A DNA stretch of 64,000 nt from Macrostomum lignano (GCA_002269645.1 NIVC01000755.1:62001-126000), one strand, 5' to 3'; shown: positions 23,301-35,560, counted from the stretch's first letter. Made by a program: numbers and translations. The notes: generated by a model from the letters alone, not told the origin.

Positions 23301-25421
23301 TGTTTAACAAATCATGATATATCAGAAGCTAAGTTCAAATATTAATAAGGTAGCATAGGCCCTATAGGATCATTATTAAACAATTATTAGACAATATACT
23401 GCAAAGTGCTTACATTATATAGAGACCTCTAGAAATGATTTATACTATTTTTTTTTCTAATTCTCCACAATAATAGGGGTCCTATTAAGACTTTTACTTT
23501 ATTATCAAGATATACTCATAGCTACTTTAGGTACATATTTAATATACTTGGTAAAATAGGCCTATATATTAAAGCTGCACTCATAATCATAACTGTAGCA
23601 AGATAGTTCTCATATGATTGTATGCAGTTATTTTGTATCTTATTAGTATGAACACAATCTATAATTACTTATATTTAATCTGTTTATGCAATCATTTTAA
23701 AGTATTCTTTTGTAATATTTTTTCTACTTTTTTTGAAAAAGTAAAAATATAAAACTGGCTTATATAGAAATTAAAAGGAAAGTTTTAAATTACTATATTC
23801 TTATAATTGTAGCTATAAGAGCAATAGCTTTTTTATATGCAAATTTTTAGCTATTATAGATATCCATTTTATTAGTTGTAATAATATTTTATATCCAAAT
23901 ATATAACTAAGACACTATACTTTAGCCTGAACATGCATATAATATAGTTTTCAATGAAAAAGTAATATACCTATATCTAGAAAGTTGTTTTATGACATAG
24001 CTTTACTTAGCAGATAATTGAAATGTTTAGACTTTAACTATTTATTTTCTTTTCTTTTTTAGTGTTTTTTTATTTCTATTTACTTCATTTTTATCCCTTT
24101 GATTTTTAGTAATATAGGCTTATTTCCTATATATTTTTAGTAACTTAGTTGATCAGTTTTATGATATACCTACCTTAGCTAACCTATTACCTATCAGTTA
24201 GATTAGCAAATAAATAGTTCTATATATATGTATATAAATAAAGCAGAATACTACTTGTTTATAATTTAAAAATATATATAGGGCCTATATAGCTTTTTAT
24301 TTAAGTAAAAGGTGAAAAAATAATGATTATGCCTAGGCTTAAGAACTATTTTGCTTATGTTATAGTTTTTTCATAGTGAATTATTTTTTTAAATAATGTC
24401 ATATTTGGTTATCTATTTAATAGAGGCCAGAAAAGTAAGAGTTTTTGTTATCTTGAGTTTATTTATTAAATATTTATTTTGACAAAAATACTTTTACCAA
24501 AAAATCTGTTTTATACTTTTAAATGCTAAAAACTATTATGTTTTGTTTCTTTTTTTGCTGCCACTATGTTAATGTGATTATACATTAATGAGTTAGATTG
24601 AGTAAGGCTAACTAAGGATAAAGAGGCTTATTGTACCAAGGTCAACTGATAGCTATGTAATAATCTATATTATAGCTGACTATGGCTATTGGTAGCATAG
24701 CCATGCACATTTAAAAACTAAAACTAAGTTACATTCACTTAATAATGATTATTAAAATGTATTCAATGCTTATAAAATATACCATATAATATTGTTTTAT
24801 TTCAATTTAATATGATAAAATTTTGTTATAACCATGACAATAGAATACTTTCAATCCTAAAAACTTGATTAAAATTCAACTTAATACTACTTTTTCCCCA
24901 ACTTGGCAAAGCTAACTTTTTCACTAAATACTTATTTATTACAACCAAATAGTGTCAATAATTAGATACAATACTTGAAATAGATATTATTAATAAACAA
25001 ATGATTAATATAATTACATTTTTATAGATAAAAAGGCTTTTTATGCATTACTAGAAATTAAATTGGTATTAAGCAATGAAATATTAATAATACTAATAAT
25101 AGAACCTGAATCGAATAGAACTACTAAAGTGGTATGACATAAATAATTCCATATACTAAAAATGGTTTGTTTGTTTGTATGAACTGAAAATAAAATAGAA
25201 AAAAACTGCTAGATAAAAAACTCGATCGAATTACTAGTAATTTTATCTTATGCACATACCGTTGCGTCTTCTCCAGAGTAGGACCCAAGAAGCTTAGCCC
25301 CACCAGGGTGTCTATGCATGAAGGTGGTAACATCATAAACTTTACCATGAATGACAATAAGCTTTCGCTTGCTATCCTTCTTGCTGTATTCCTTAATAGA
25401 TTCTGTCGTAAACTTTTCCAT
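20319..25421 (-). CDS. FADS2: Front-end (delta-5/delta-6, FADS1/FADS2-like) fatty acid desaturase with N-terminal cytochrome b5 domain, 426 aa, 6 exons
   Basis: Exons 25421-25260, 23152-23057, 22970-22767, 22360-21900, 21126-20950, 20499-20319 have GT-AG boundaries and join in frame (1281 nt). Motifs: HPGG heme-binding, His boxes HDYGH, HFLHH and QIEHH, and C-terminal LFPTMPRH...[17 protein letters not shown]1 versus FADS2 orthology cannot be decided by eye. Confidence 0.95.
20590..20900. repeat. Short-unit intronic minisatellite (TGTCACTGAAAGATGATC / TGTCACTAAATAGCC)
   Basis: Fills desaturase intron 5. Confidence 0.9.
21172..21815. repeat. 20-bp intronic minisatellite (GTCA[CT]TGGGATCTGGATTCT)n
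   Basis: Fills desaturase intron 4. Confidence 0.95.
22385..22700. repeat. CT-rich low-complexity tract in desaturase intron 3
   Basis: Directly visible. Confidence 0.9.
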
Positions 25422-26406
25422 TTTACTTGGAAATAATATATTTAGTGATAAAATGTAGTAAGAAACAATCAACGAGATTACCCAATCTACGATAAACTAA
25501 CAAATTACTAGCTAGAGTGCATCATTGCTAAGCGTGGCCGTGGAATTTATCGCGCCATGTCCGTTGTCAGATGTATCCAAGGTAAGCGCAAATGAAATGT
25601 GTTTTAACAAATAGTAGCTTAATTTTACGCATACATTTTTTTTTCATTTTTCTGGTTAAGATCTATTTTTATTACTAGAAAATTTTGTAAATTTTATGAT
25701 CAAAAGAAACGAAAATTTATCTTTTAGAAAGTAAAAACGTTGAAAATACAAAAATATACAGTCGAATTACAAAATTGTTGGAGCTCAAGCTTGACCGTGT
25801 TTTGTTAGAGCTAAAGAGTGAGCCTGCAGCTGGCTTGCATAATGTGAAATTATGGGTGCCTTAATTACAAAATTCCAAAAACCTTTGATTAATTCTTGGC
25901 CTCAGATTAATAACAGCAAATTAGCTATAATAAATTTGCTTAATAAAAAAGCTGCGATCTGATCTCCTAAGCTACTCCTAGCTGCTTGCTGGCCAAGCAT
26001 GACCTGCAGATTGCCGAGCTACCGGTGACTAGAAAGTCTGTACTTACACAGTGACCGAAACAACAGAGATAGGGTGCTGCTTCTGCACTCGGCGTCGAAT
26101 TTTCTGATTGGACGAGTCCTCTGGGGATGACTATAGCTCGACTCTGATTGTCAGAGCTCCACCCCAAAAACCATATTCAACTGGTGACCCCAGGGAATGC
26201 TTGACATGTGTTGTTCATAAAATCATAAAAACAGCTAAAGCAATTAAAGAGATCGATAAATAAAAACATTATAGCGTAAGAGCCCGCGGTTAGGGCTGAG
26301 GCGCTTGAACGTATCAAAGAAGAAATAAAGGGGGTTGAGTGCAGATAAGATAGAAAGGGTTGATTGTGCGTGGTTGAGAAAAAGAGGCGAGCGAGATCGA
26401 AGAGCC

Positions 26407-26474
26407 GGAGAGCAACGGCCTGCGCCTCCCCGAGGTGCCCTCCGGAGGACCTCAAGGCCCACGAAATGCAGTCC
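26407..26474 (+). ncRNA. HDV-like self-cleaving ribozyme at the 5' end of the Ingi-like LINE (partly decayed)
   Basis: P1 GGAGAGC 26407-13 / GCCCTCC 26437-43; P2 GGCCTGC 26417-23 / GCAGTCC 26468-74; P3 GCC/GGT; L3 TCCCCGA; P1.1 CC/GG 26444-45; P4 GGACC-TCAA-GGCCC; J4/2 ACGAAAT with candidate catalytic C26462. One mismatch each in P1, P2 and P4. Confidence 0.75.
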
Positions 26475-26747
26475 AGCAACGGGCCCTTCCCCGCGAGGCC
26501 CAGCACCGCAACGCAGTCTCTTTGCCACCCTGCCGATTAAATGCCTAGCCGACGCCTGAACCAACCCGCCGAGCCTCAACGGCGGGCCCCCGGCGGCGCG
26601 AGCCGCACCCGGCGGTCCGCGCGCGCGGCCCCCCAGTAGCCTGCACCTCCTGCAACTCAACGCAGAGGGCGTCGCCTCAAGATGCCCGAATTGTGCAAGC
26701 TGCTGCTGGACCTGCGCGTCGACGTGGCGTGTCTGCAAGAGACCCAC

Positions 26748-27165
26748 TTGACGTACTTGACTTAGCTGCTGGACTGTCCCGGAGGGGGACACAGCGGGAA
26801 GGCGCGGACTTACATTCCGCTAATTCCTGAACGGCCGACGCATCGCTATGAACGGAGGGTTGGCGCCGCCCAGGGAGGTCCCTCAGTGTCGCCAGCAGCT
26901 ATGGTGCTCTCTGGAAAGGATCGCAGTTCAACCCTGCGGGTGGCCCGGAGGTAGCGCATGAGCTGATTAAAGTTTTCGGGTTCGCACGCTTCAGTATAGA
27001 TGTCTGTGGCCCGAGGTAAGTGAGTCTGGCTCGCATCAAGGCGCGACAGATGCTGAAGAAGTGCTCAGCGGTTTCGTCCCCTGAGTTGCAAAGATGGCGT
27101 TGGTGGCGTTGCCCTGCAGGTACTGGTGCCTGGAGAAGCAGCCGTGGCCTGAGAGGGTCATGGTG
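26748..27165 (-). mobile_element. Nested antisense 418-bp 5'-truncated LINE 3' fragment with a 13-bp target-site duplication
   Basis: TSD GCAAGAGACCCAC at 26735-26747 and 27166-27178. Minus strand encodes MTLSGHGCFSRH...CNSGDETAEHFFSICRALMRARLTYLG and ends in an AAGTCAAGTACGTCAA tail. Removing it restores VACLQETHTTEGRDPCLPGFNAIWR. Confidence 0.9.
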
Positions 27166-29845
27166 GCAAGAGACCCACACCACCGAGGGACGGGATCCGT
27201 GCCTGCCGGGGTTCAACGCAATCTGGCGCCACCGACAGAGCGGCCGGCGCTCCGGCGGCCGCACGCGCGGAGGAGGCGTTGCAATCCTCATCCGCGAGGG
27301 GCTGCGCTTCGAGATGCTGCAGGAGCGACCCTGCGCCCCCGACAATGTCACCACGGAGGGGGCCGGCGTCCGGGTTTTCCCCTCTGAAAAGAGCGTCGAG
27401 AGCCTGGACATCCACTACCTCTACATCCCACCGATCAGAACGGCTGAAAGCCTGACCGCGTGCAGCGCTTCAGCCTCCAGCACCTCCCGTCCGGCGCCAA
27501 CACGGTGATCCTGAGCGACCTGAACGCGAACCATCCGGCCTGGGATCCCGAATCGCTACGCCTACGCCCTACGAGGGCCTACGCCCGTGAGCATGTCGCC
27601 GTCAGCCGCCTCCCGCAAGACCGCAGGACGCGAGACCTCCGACGCGAGAACTTTCGCAGCAGCGCTTCGGGAGCCGGCGCTGACAGCCATGGGAGCAGAG
27701 ACTTTGGAAGCCGTTCTTGCACCGCGAGCTGGACAGGGCTCTCCGCTCCTTCCCGGTCAGGAAGGCCTCAGGACCCGATGAGATCTGCGCCGAACACCTG
27801 CAGCACCTCGGCGCTGCCGGCCGCCGGGCGGTCCTGCAGCTGATCAACGCGTCCTGGACCCAGGGGGGAGGTCCCCGCGGCGTGGCGCCGTGCCCACGGC
27901 GTGCCGATCCTCGAGAAGGGCAAGCCGGCCGATGAGATCGGCTCATACGGCCGATTGCACTCACCTACACCCTGGCCAAGCTGGCCGAGCGTCTGGTTCA
28001 AGCGCTGCTGGTGGGCCGAGTCCCGGCACCTGCTGCACCCCGACCAAGCCGGCTTCCGCAAGCGACGCAGCACCGAGGACCAGATTGCCCGGCTCACCCA
28101 GCTCATCAGCGACGGCCACCAGGCGGCCACTGCCAGGCGGACGGCCGACTTCCGGCCACGATACCGTCTGGAAGCAGGGCCTGCTGCACAAGCTGCACAA
28201 CGCCGGCATCCCAGCGGCCGTGGTCCGCTGGCTCAGCAGCTACCTGGCCGATCGACGTGCTGCCGTCAGGGTGGACGGCGCGCTGAGCAGCTGGCGGCTC
28301 TTCCGCGAGGGCCTGCCACAGGCAAGTGTCCTTGCCTCTCTGCTCTTAGCGCTGTACATCAACGACCTGCCTGAACACCTTCCGTCCGACTGCACGCCGT
28401 TCCTCTACGCCGACGACCTGGCCATCGCAGTGCAAGGCCAGACCGTGGAGGAGGCCGAGACAAAGGCGCAGGCTGCGATCGACGCGGTCTCCGACTGTGC
28501 GATCGAGTGGAGGATGGAGCTGGCGCCGAACAAGTGCGCGGCATCCTCGTTCACCACCACCGCCGGAGAGGCCAGCCGCGAGCTGCATCTGCGGCTGAAC
28601 GACGCTCCGCTCTCGATGGACCACCAGCCGCGCTTCCTCGGCGTCATGCTGGACCGGCTGCTCAGCTTCACGGCGCACGCCGCCAACGTCGCAGGCCGCG
28701 CCCGCTCCCGCTGCGGCGTTCTGGTGGCGCTGTCTGGCAGCAACTGGGGCGCCAAGCAGAACGACGTGCGCCAGCTGTACACGGCCTACGTGTGGCCGGT
28801 GCTGGAGTAAGCTGCCGGCGCTTGGATGCCGACGGCCTGCGCTTGGATGCCGACGGTCGGAGGTGCTGGAGCGCGAGGCTGGGCTGCCGCCGATGGCTGT
28901 CCGTGCGGAGATGCACGCCGGCCTCCTCCACGAGCGCGCCCTCAGGCCGCCGCCCGACTACCCGCTGCGCGCCTGCGCGGCCAGCGTCGGCCCGCGCTGC
29001 CGCCTCCAAAGCGCCCGCGGTGACGAGAGATGGCAGCCAGCGTCTGCAGCGCTGCGGGCGTGGGCCGCTACCCGCGAGAGCCCGTCCACGCTGTCCCGAC
29101 GAAAACTCGCTGGGCTGACCTGGACTCCGTCACCTTCGGGCTGCAGCTGGCCTCCCCGACCTCGCGGGGGACCTGCCGGAGACGGAGCGTCGAAGGACGG
29201 CATCCTGGACGGCGGCAGCGGCGCCCTGGTCGAGCCCAACACCACGCTGTGTGTCGCTGCTGACGTCCAGTTTCCACGCCGAGCTAGTGGCCATCGCTGA
29301 GGCCCTCCGGTGGGTGCTCGCGGCCCCAGACCCTGCAGAGCTGTTGCCGGTCCGCATCTGCTTGGACTTCCTGAGCGCGCTTACCGCGCTCACGTCCGGC
29401 GCCGGGTCGACGGGCGCCACCATGACCGACGCCATCTGGGCCAGCCTCGCCGACCTCGTGGCCCGGGGAACCTCAGTCCACCTGCAGTAGGTGCCTGGCC
29501 ACGCGGGAATCCCCGGCAACGAGGCCGTGGACGAGGTCGCCAAGCGAGGCTCCACGCTGGCGCAAGGCGCCGCGCTCATCCCGTTGGCTGCTGCGCAGGC
29601 TGCCGTCCGCCGCCACTGCCTCGCCCGCTGGCACCAGACCTACATACAACGCGGCGGCCACCGAGGCGCCGAACACGAGCTCCTGCCTGCCGCCTCCGCC
29701 GACGAGCGACCTCACGCGGCGGCAGGAGCGGCTGATTTGCCAGCTGCGCGCCGACCGCTGCCCGGCCCTGCGGGGCTTCCAGGCCGCCATCGGCGTTGAT
29801 GTGGCCCCCACCTGCCGCTTTTGTGACAATGGAGAGGAGACACCA

Positions 29846-30172
29846 GGGGTGGAGTGCAAGGCTGAGGAAAGAGGCGATATTGAAGAGCCAATCAGAAGAC
29901 AGCGAGGGAGAGAGATAAGAAAAATAAGACTGAATTAGACAGAGAGGGAGAGAAACCAGAGTTTCAACAAATACAAGGGGGTGGAGTGCAAGGCTGAGGA
30001 AAGAGGCGAGATTGAAGAGCCAATCAGAAGACAGCGAGGGAGAGAGATAAGAATAATAAGACTGAATTAGACAGAGAGGGAGAGAAACCAGAGTTTCAAC
30101 AAATACAAGGGGGTGAAGTGCAAGGCTGAGGAAAGAGGCGAGATTGAAGAGCCAATCAGAAGGCAGCGAGAA
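29846..30172 (+). repeat. ~2.4 tandem copies (period 132 bp) of a dispersed repeat family
   Basis: Units start GGGGTGGAGTGCAAGGCTGAGGAAAGAGGCGAGATTGAAGAGCCAATCAG at 29846, 29978 and 30110. Related copies lie at ~26325-26406 (+) and ~40195-40375 (-). Confidence 0.85.
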
Positions 30173-31046
30173 GGCAATTTTCGTTTTTTTTCCTGGCTGA
30201 TTTTGCGCAGTCTTAAATATAAAAAATTGATTCGGTGTTAGAAGCTAAAATCTCAATGCCATGCAATATGCGGATATAGAACATAAATCAAGTTTCCTTT
30301 ATCGATCAATTTTCACTATTAGCAAACAGATTTAATTAAATATTGACAGCAGTAAATAGATTAGTCTCTAATTGACTGTCTAAAATCAATAAAAAAGCGA
30401 TCAGTTACTAAAATAACTGGGAGTTTATTTCTGTTCAGAAAAACACTGCGATGGAAATGCGATGAAAAGCTTTCAGCTAGAATAAAAAACGACGAGTCTA
30501 TAAATAATATGGCTCAGATTGCTTTTTGTTATAAATACTAGGATATAAACTTGATTGATCCTCACTGTTTGTGCTGCCTATATATATGTGCCGAATTTAT
30601 ATATATAAATTGCCTATTGTTATTTAATGCGCTATTTGGATTGCCCAGATGCATATTTGGCCCAGATTCTGTGTTAGGGTCATATATCATACTCATCTTT
30701 GACAAAGTTCTGCGAACTCAGCTGCCTTATCAACGCATTCCGCATGCCGAAACTGCGCGCATGTAATCGGATTGGCGTCATGCCACTAAGCTGCTTTATC
30801 TATAAATTCTGGCCATGACAATGACTGCCAGGTCACCAGTGTGTATGATCGTAGCTGCTCCCAATTTTAGTTAATCTGAGGTGCGGATACTGTATAGTCA
30901 AGATTTGAATTACGATCTTACACTTATAATTAGTGCGCAGAGTGATCAGTTTTATCGTTGCAGAACGTATATGTTGCAGTTTTATAGTTGCATCATCCGC
31001 TCCCCGAGTAACCTAGAAAACCCCAGAAAAAGTGCTGATAAACTAT

Positions 31047-31737
<691 letters not shown>

Positions 31738-31999
31738 AAATAAATTATAAATAAATTGTAAATAAATTAATGTGCAAATGTTTGTAAGGCGTGCAAACTA
31801 TATCTATTATCCTAGTAACCGTCGCAAACAAAATATTTGTCGATATCTCACGTTTAATTTTATTTTTGGTTAAATTTTATATCGACAACAAGTTCATAAT
31901 TTGGATAGTAAATCAGTCAGTTTAGTCAAATAGAATCGAGCTCGGTGCCTTCCGCAGGCTCCCAACGGACAGCCTTATCAGAGTTGTGTTGCAAGCACG

Positions 32000-34547
32000 T
32001 CAAACGCCGCCGACCCGAACCAGGCCAATCAGTCGGCCCAGCTTCCTGTCGACGGAGATGAGGGCATTCAAGATGCGCCGTTGCTCGCCAAACTGTCTGG
32101 ACCCGGTTCGTTTGCCAAATCTGGGAAAATTGGGAACAGTCAACATAATGATCATTTTGTTTTGTAGGCTTTATAGTCTAATTTGGTCCATTTGTTTTTG
32201 CTATATTTATACTGGTACTTAAAAGTGCATGGTCAATGTAACCATGTCAAGGCTGGAGAGCCAAGCTAATGAGCGAATTGAGATGCTGTTGAGATAGAGT
32301 TGTCGGTTCGTAGGCACGAACTCCGTCTGTTCAGCGTTTCATTTTCTTTTGACACGTTTAAAATTTCGCTTGAAGTTGCGTCTTGTATCTCCCAGTGGGA
32401 CCGAGTCCCGCATGTTTCATGCTTTCTTATCATCTTTAACCATCATCTGCCTCTAATTAAATTACTTTCCTCTGTCATCTCTCCCTATTCCTCTGGTCAT
32501 TGTCTTCCTCCTCTCTTATCCCCTCTCTCTCATCTCCCTCTCTTTCATCTACCTCTATCTCATCTCCCTCTCTCTAATCTCTCTCTCATCTCCCTCTCTC
32601 TCATCTCCACTCTCTAATCTCCATCTCTCTAATCTCTCTCTCTCATCTCCCTCTCTCTAATCTCCCTCTCTCTAATCTCCCTCTCTCTCATCTCCCTCTA
32701 TCTCATCTCCCTCTATCTCATCTCACTCTCTCTAATCTCTCTCTCATCTCCCTCTCTCTCATCTCCCTCTCTCTCATCTCCCTCTCTCTAATCTCCCTCT
32801 CTCTAATCTACCTCTCTCTCATCTCCCTCTCTCTCATCTCCCTCTCTCTAATCTCCCTCTCTCTCATCTCCCTCTCTCTAATCTCCCTCTCTCTAATCTC
32901 CCTCTCTCTAATCTCCCTCTCTCTAATCTCCCTCTCTCTAATCTCCCTCTCTCTAATCTCCCTCTCTCTAATCTCCCTCTCTCTAATCTCCCTCTCTCTC
33001 ATCTCCCTCTCTCTCATCTCCCTCTATCTCATCTCACTCTCTCTAATCTCTCTCTCATCTCCCTCTCTCTAATCTCCCTCTCTCTAATCTACCTCTCTCT
33101 CATCTCCCTCTCTCTCATCTCCCTCTCTCTAATCTCCCTCTCTCTCATCTCCCTCTCTCTAATCTCCCTCTCTCTAATCTCCCTCTCTCTAATCTCCCTC
33201 TCTCTAATCTCCCTCTCTCTAATCTCCCTCTCTCTAATCTCCCTCTCTCTAATCTCCCTCTCTCTAATCTCCCTCTCTCTAATCTCCCTCTCTCTAATCT
33301 CCCTCTCTCTAATCTCCCTCTCTCTCATCTCCCTCTCTCTCATCTCCCTCTATCTCATCTCACTCTCTCTAATCTCTCTCTCATCTCCCTCTCTCTCATC
33401 TCCCTCTCTCTCATCTCCCTCTCTCTAATCTCCCTCTCTCTAATCTCCCTCTCTCTCATCTCCCTCTCTCTCATCTCCCTCTCTCTCATCTCCCTCTCTC
33501 TCATCTCTCTCTCTCTAATCTCTCTCTCATCTCCCTCTCTCTAATCTCCCTCTCTCTAATCTCCCTCTCTCTAATCTCCCTCTCTCTAATCTCCCTCTCT
33601 CTAATCTCCCTCTCTCTCATCTCCCTCTCTCTAATCTCCCTCTCTCTCATCTCCCTCTCTCTAATCTCCCTTTCTCTAATCTCTCTCTCTAATCTCTCTC
33701 TCATCTCCCTCTCTCTCATCTCCCTCTCTCTAATCTCTCTCTCATCTCCCTCTCTCTCATCTCCCTCTCTCTCATCTCCCTCTCTCTCATCTCCCTCTCT
33801 CTAATCTCCCTCTCTCTCATCTCCCTCTCTCTCATCTCCCTCTCTCATCTCCCTCTCTCTCATCTCTCTCTCTCTAATCTCTCTCTCATCTCCCTCTCTC
33901 TAATCTCCCTCTCTCTAATCTCCCTCTCTCTAATCTCCCTCTCTCTAATCTCCCTCTCTTTAATCTCCCTCTCTCTCATCTCCCTCTCTCTAATCTCCCT
34001 CTCTCTCATCTCCCTCTCTCTCATCTCCCTCTCTCTAATCTCTCTCTCTCTAATCTCTCTCTCTCATCTCCCTCTCTCTCATCTCCCTCTCTCTCATCTC
34101 CCTCTCTCTCATCTCCCTCTCTCTCATCTCCCCCTCTCTCCCTCTCTCTTTTATCTTTCGTAATTGGTACCTTAAAAAAGTTCTTTTTTAGTCTTATATA
34201 AAATAATAATCTATTCTACAAAACCTTATGTCCAGTTAAAAAGATAATCTTTTTAGAAAATCATCGCGTATTAACAAATAAAAATTCACAAATTTAACTC
34301 TTTTTTCTCACCGCTGTCGCCCAAGCAGCTTCAGATAGGCCTCCAGCTCTTTCATGTAGAGCTTGAACTCTTCAATCGATTTAAAATGCTCCGGTTTTAC
34401 AGGTGGCTCCAGCTGCCTCTTCCTTGCGAATAAAATTTCGCCACCTCCATAGTAACCAGCCGAGTCTACTGCAGACGGATAAGCAAGCGCGTGCTCAGTT
34501 GCCATAGCAACAACTAACAAGAACAGAGCAGCCGGAGAAAGCGACAT
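32000..34547 (-). CDS. npf: Neuropeptide Y/F (NPF) precursor, 118 aa, 2 coding exons
   Basis: Exon 34547-34312 encodes signal peptide MSLSPAALFLLVVAMATEHALA...RKR-QLEPPVKPEHFKSIEEFKLYMKELEAYLKLLGRQ-cg. A phase-2 intron falls in the penultimate Arg, the conserved NPY/NPF intron position. Exon 32120-32000 continues a-FGKR...*. Mature peptide is 36 aa ending RQRF-amide. A probable 5'UTR exon ends at 35380. Confidence 0.93.
32520..34150. repeat. 12-bp CT-rich repeat (CTCTCT[AC]ATCTCC-type) filling the NPF coding intron
   Basis: Directly visible; source of the (REIRE)n ORFs. Confidence 0.96.
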
Positions 34548-34649
34548 TGAATAGCGTGGCGACAATAGCGGACGATGTTCACTTGATGATAAGAATTTTC
34601 TTCTGAAAAGGTTTTTTGAGGTTTGGCGCTAAATTCCTCTCAAGACCTA

Positions 34650-35322
34650 CAATGGCGACAAACTGAATATAATAGCACCAAACTGATGACAAATGGCGCC
34701 AAAATGAGGTCAACTGGTGCCAACCTGAGGATAATGGCGCCAAAATGAGGTCAACCAGCGCCAACTTGAGGACAAATGGCGCCAACTAAGTACAACGGCG
34801 CCAAACTAGGGTTATTAGCGCCAAACTAGGGTTATTAGCGCCAAACTAGGGATAATAGCGCCAAACTAGGGATAATAGCGCCAAACTAGGGATAATAGCG
34901 CCAAACTAGGGATAATAGCGCCAAACTAGGGATAATAGCTCCAAACTAGGGATAATAGCGCCAAACTAGGGATAATAGCGCCAAACTAGGGATAATAGCG
35001 CCAAACTAGGGATAATAGCTCCAAACTAGGGATAATAGCGCCAAACTAGGGATAATAGCGCCAAACTAGGGATACTAAGAACTATCCCTAAGACTATTCC
35101 TAAGGCCAAACTAAGACTATTGGCGCCAAACTAGGGAAAGTGGCGCCAAACTAAGGCTATTGGCGCTAAACTAAGACTATTAGCGCCAAACTAGGGAAAG
35201 TGGCGCCAAACTAAGACTATTGGCGCCAAACTAGGGATATTAGCGCCAAATTAGGGATATTAGCGCCAAACTAGGGATATTAGCGCCAAACTAGGGATAT
35301 TAGCGCCAAACTAGGGATATAC
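34650..35322. repeat. 20-bp minisatellite (GCGCCAAACTAGGGATAATA)n in the NPF 5'UTR intron
   Basis: Directly visible. Confidence 0.93.
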
Positions 35323-35494
35323 CAAACAAAGTTCGATGGCGCCCAACTGCATCGCGTAGAAATAAAATATTCAACTTACCCTTGTCTGTGCTGCACCCAC
35401 TAGGCAGATGTCCTGAAGCTGACTGACTGATTCCCTTCTTATGCCTCGCTAGCTAACGTCGGAATGTGAAAGCGCCTCGGATACAGAGGCTGAG

Positions 35495-35560
35495 AACTTC
35501 CTTTTATTAGTTCTCGTCACGTAGGATGAATTCCTCTCTCAGCCAATAGAGTTTGTCGAT
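35495..35560 (-). promoter_or_regulatory. Putative NPF core promoter (inverted CCAAT, CRE/E-box-like TACGTGAC, TATA-like TAATAAAAG)
   Basis: Motifs occur in the expected order 120-170 bp upstream of the 5'UTR-exon donor at 35380; motif-only evidence. Confidence 0.35.

Larger units (their letters stand above)
26407..29845 (+). mobile_element. Degenerate single-ORF non-LTR retrotransposon, I-group/Ingi-like (APE endonuclease, RT, RNase H, truncated C-terminal zinc knuckle)
   Basis: Very GC-rich block. ATG at 26541, then LHLLQLNAEG...DVACLQETH...GGGVAILIR...YIPP...ILSDLNANHPAW (APE); KASGPDEI, GFRKRRSTEDQI, GLPQASVL, YADDL (RT); ELVAIAEAL, LQ*VPGHAGIPGNEAVDEVAK (RNase H); CRFC at the end. Several frameshifts and in-frame stops. 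No gag-like ORF1 between the 5' end and the APE. Confidence 0.92.

Noticed and set aside
26461-26490. Possible 2A-like stop-go peptide, as found in some Ingi elements
   Set aside because: The best frame reads EMQSSNGP, which does not match D(V/I)ExNPGP, and it lies upstream of the apparent ATG.
26800-26825. Second HDV-like P4/J4/2 pattern (GCGGA-CTTACAT-TCCGC-TAA)
   Set aside because: No matching P1/P2/P3, and it lies in the 3'UTR of the antisense nested LINE, so it is better read as a 3' stem-loop.
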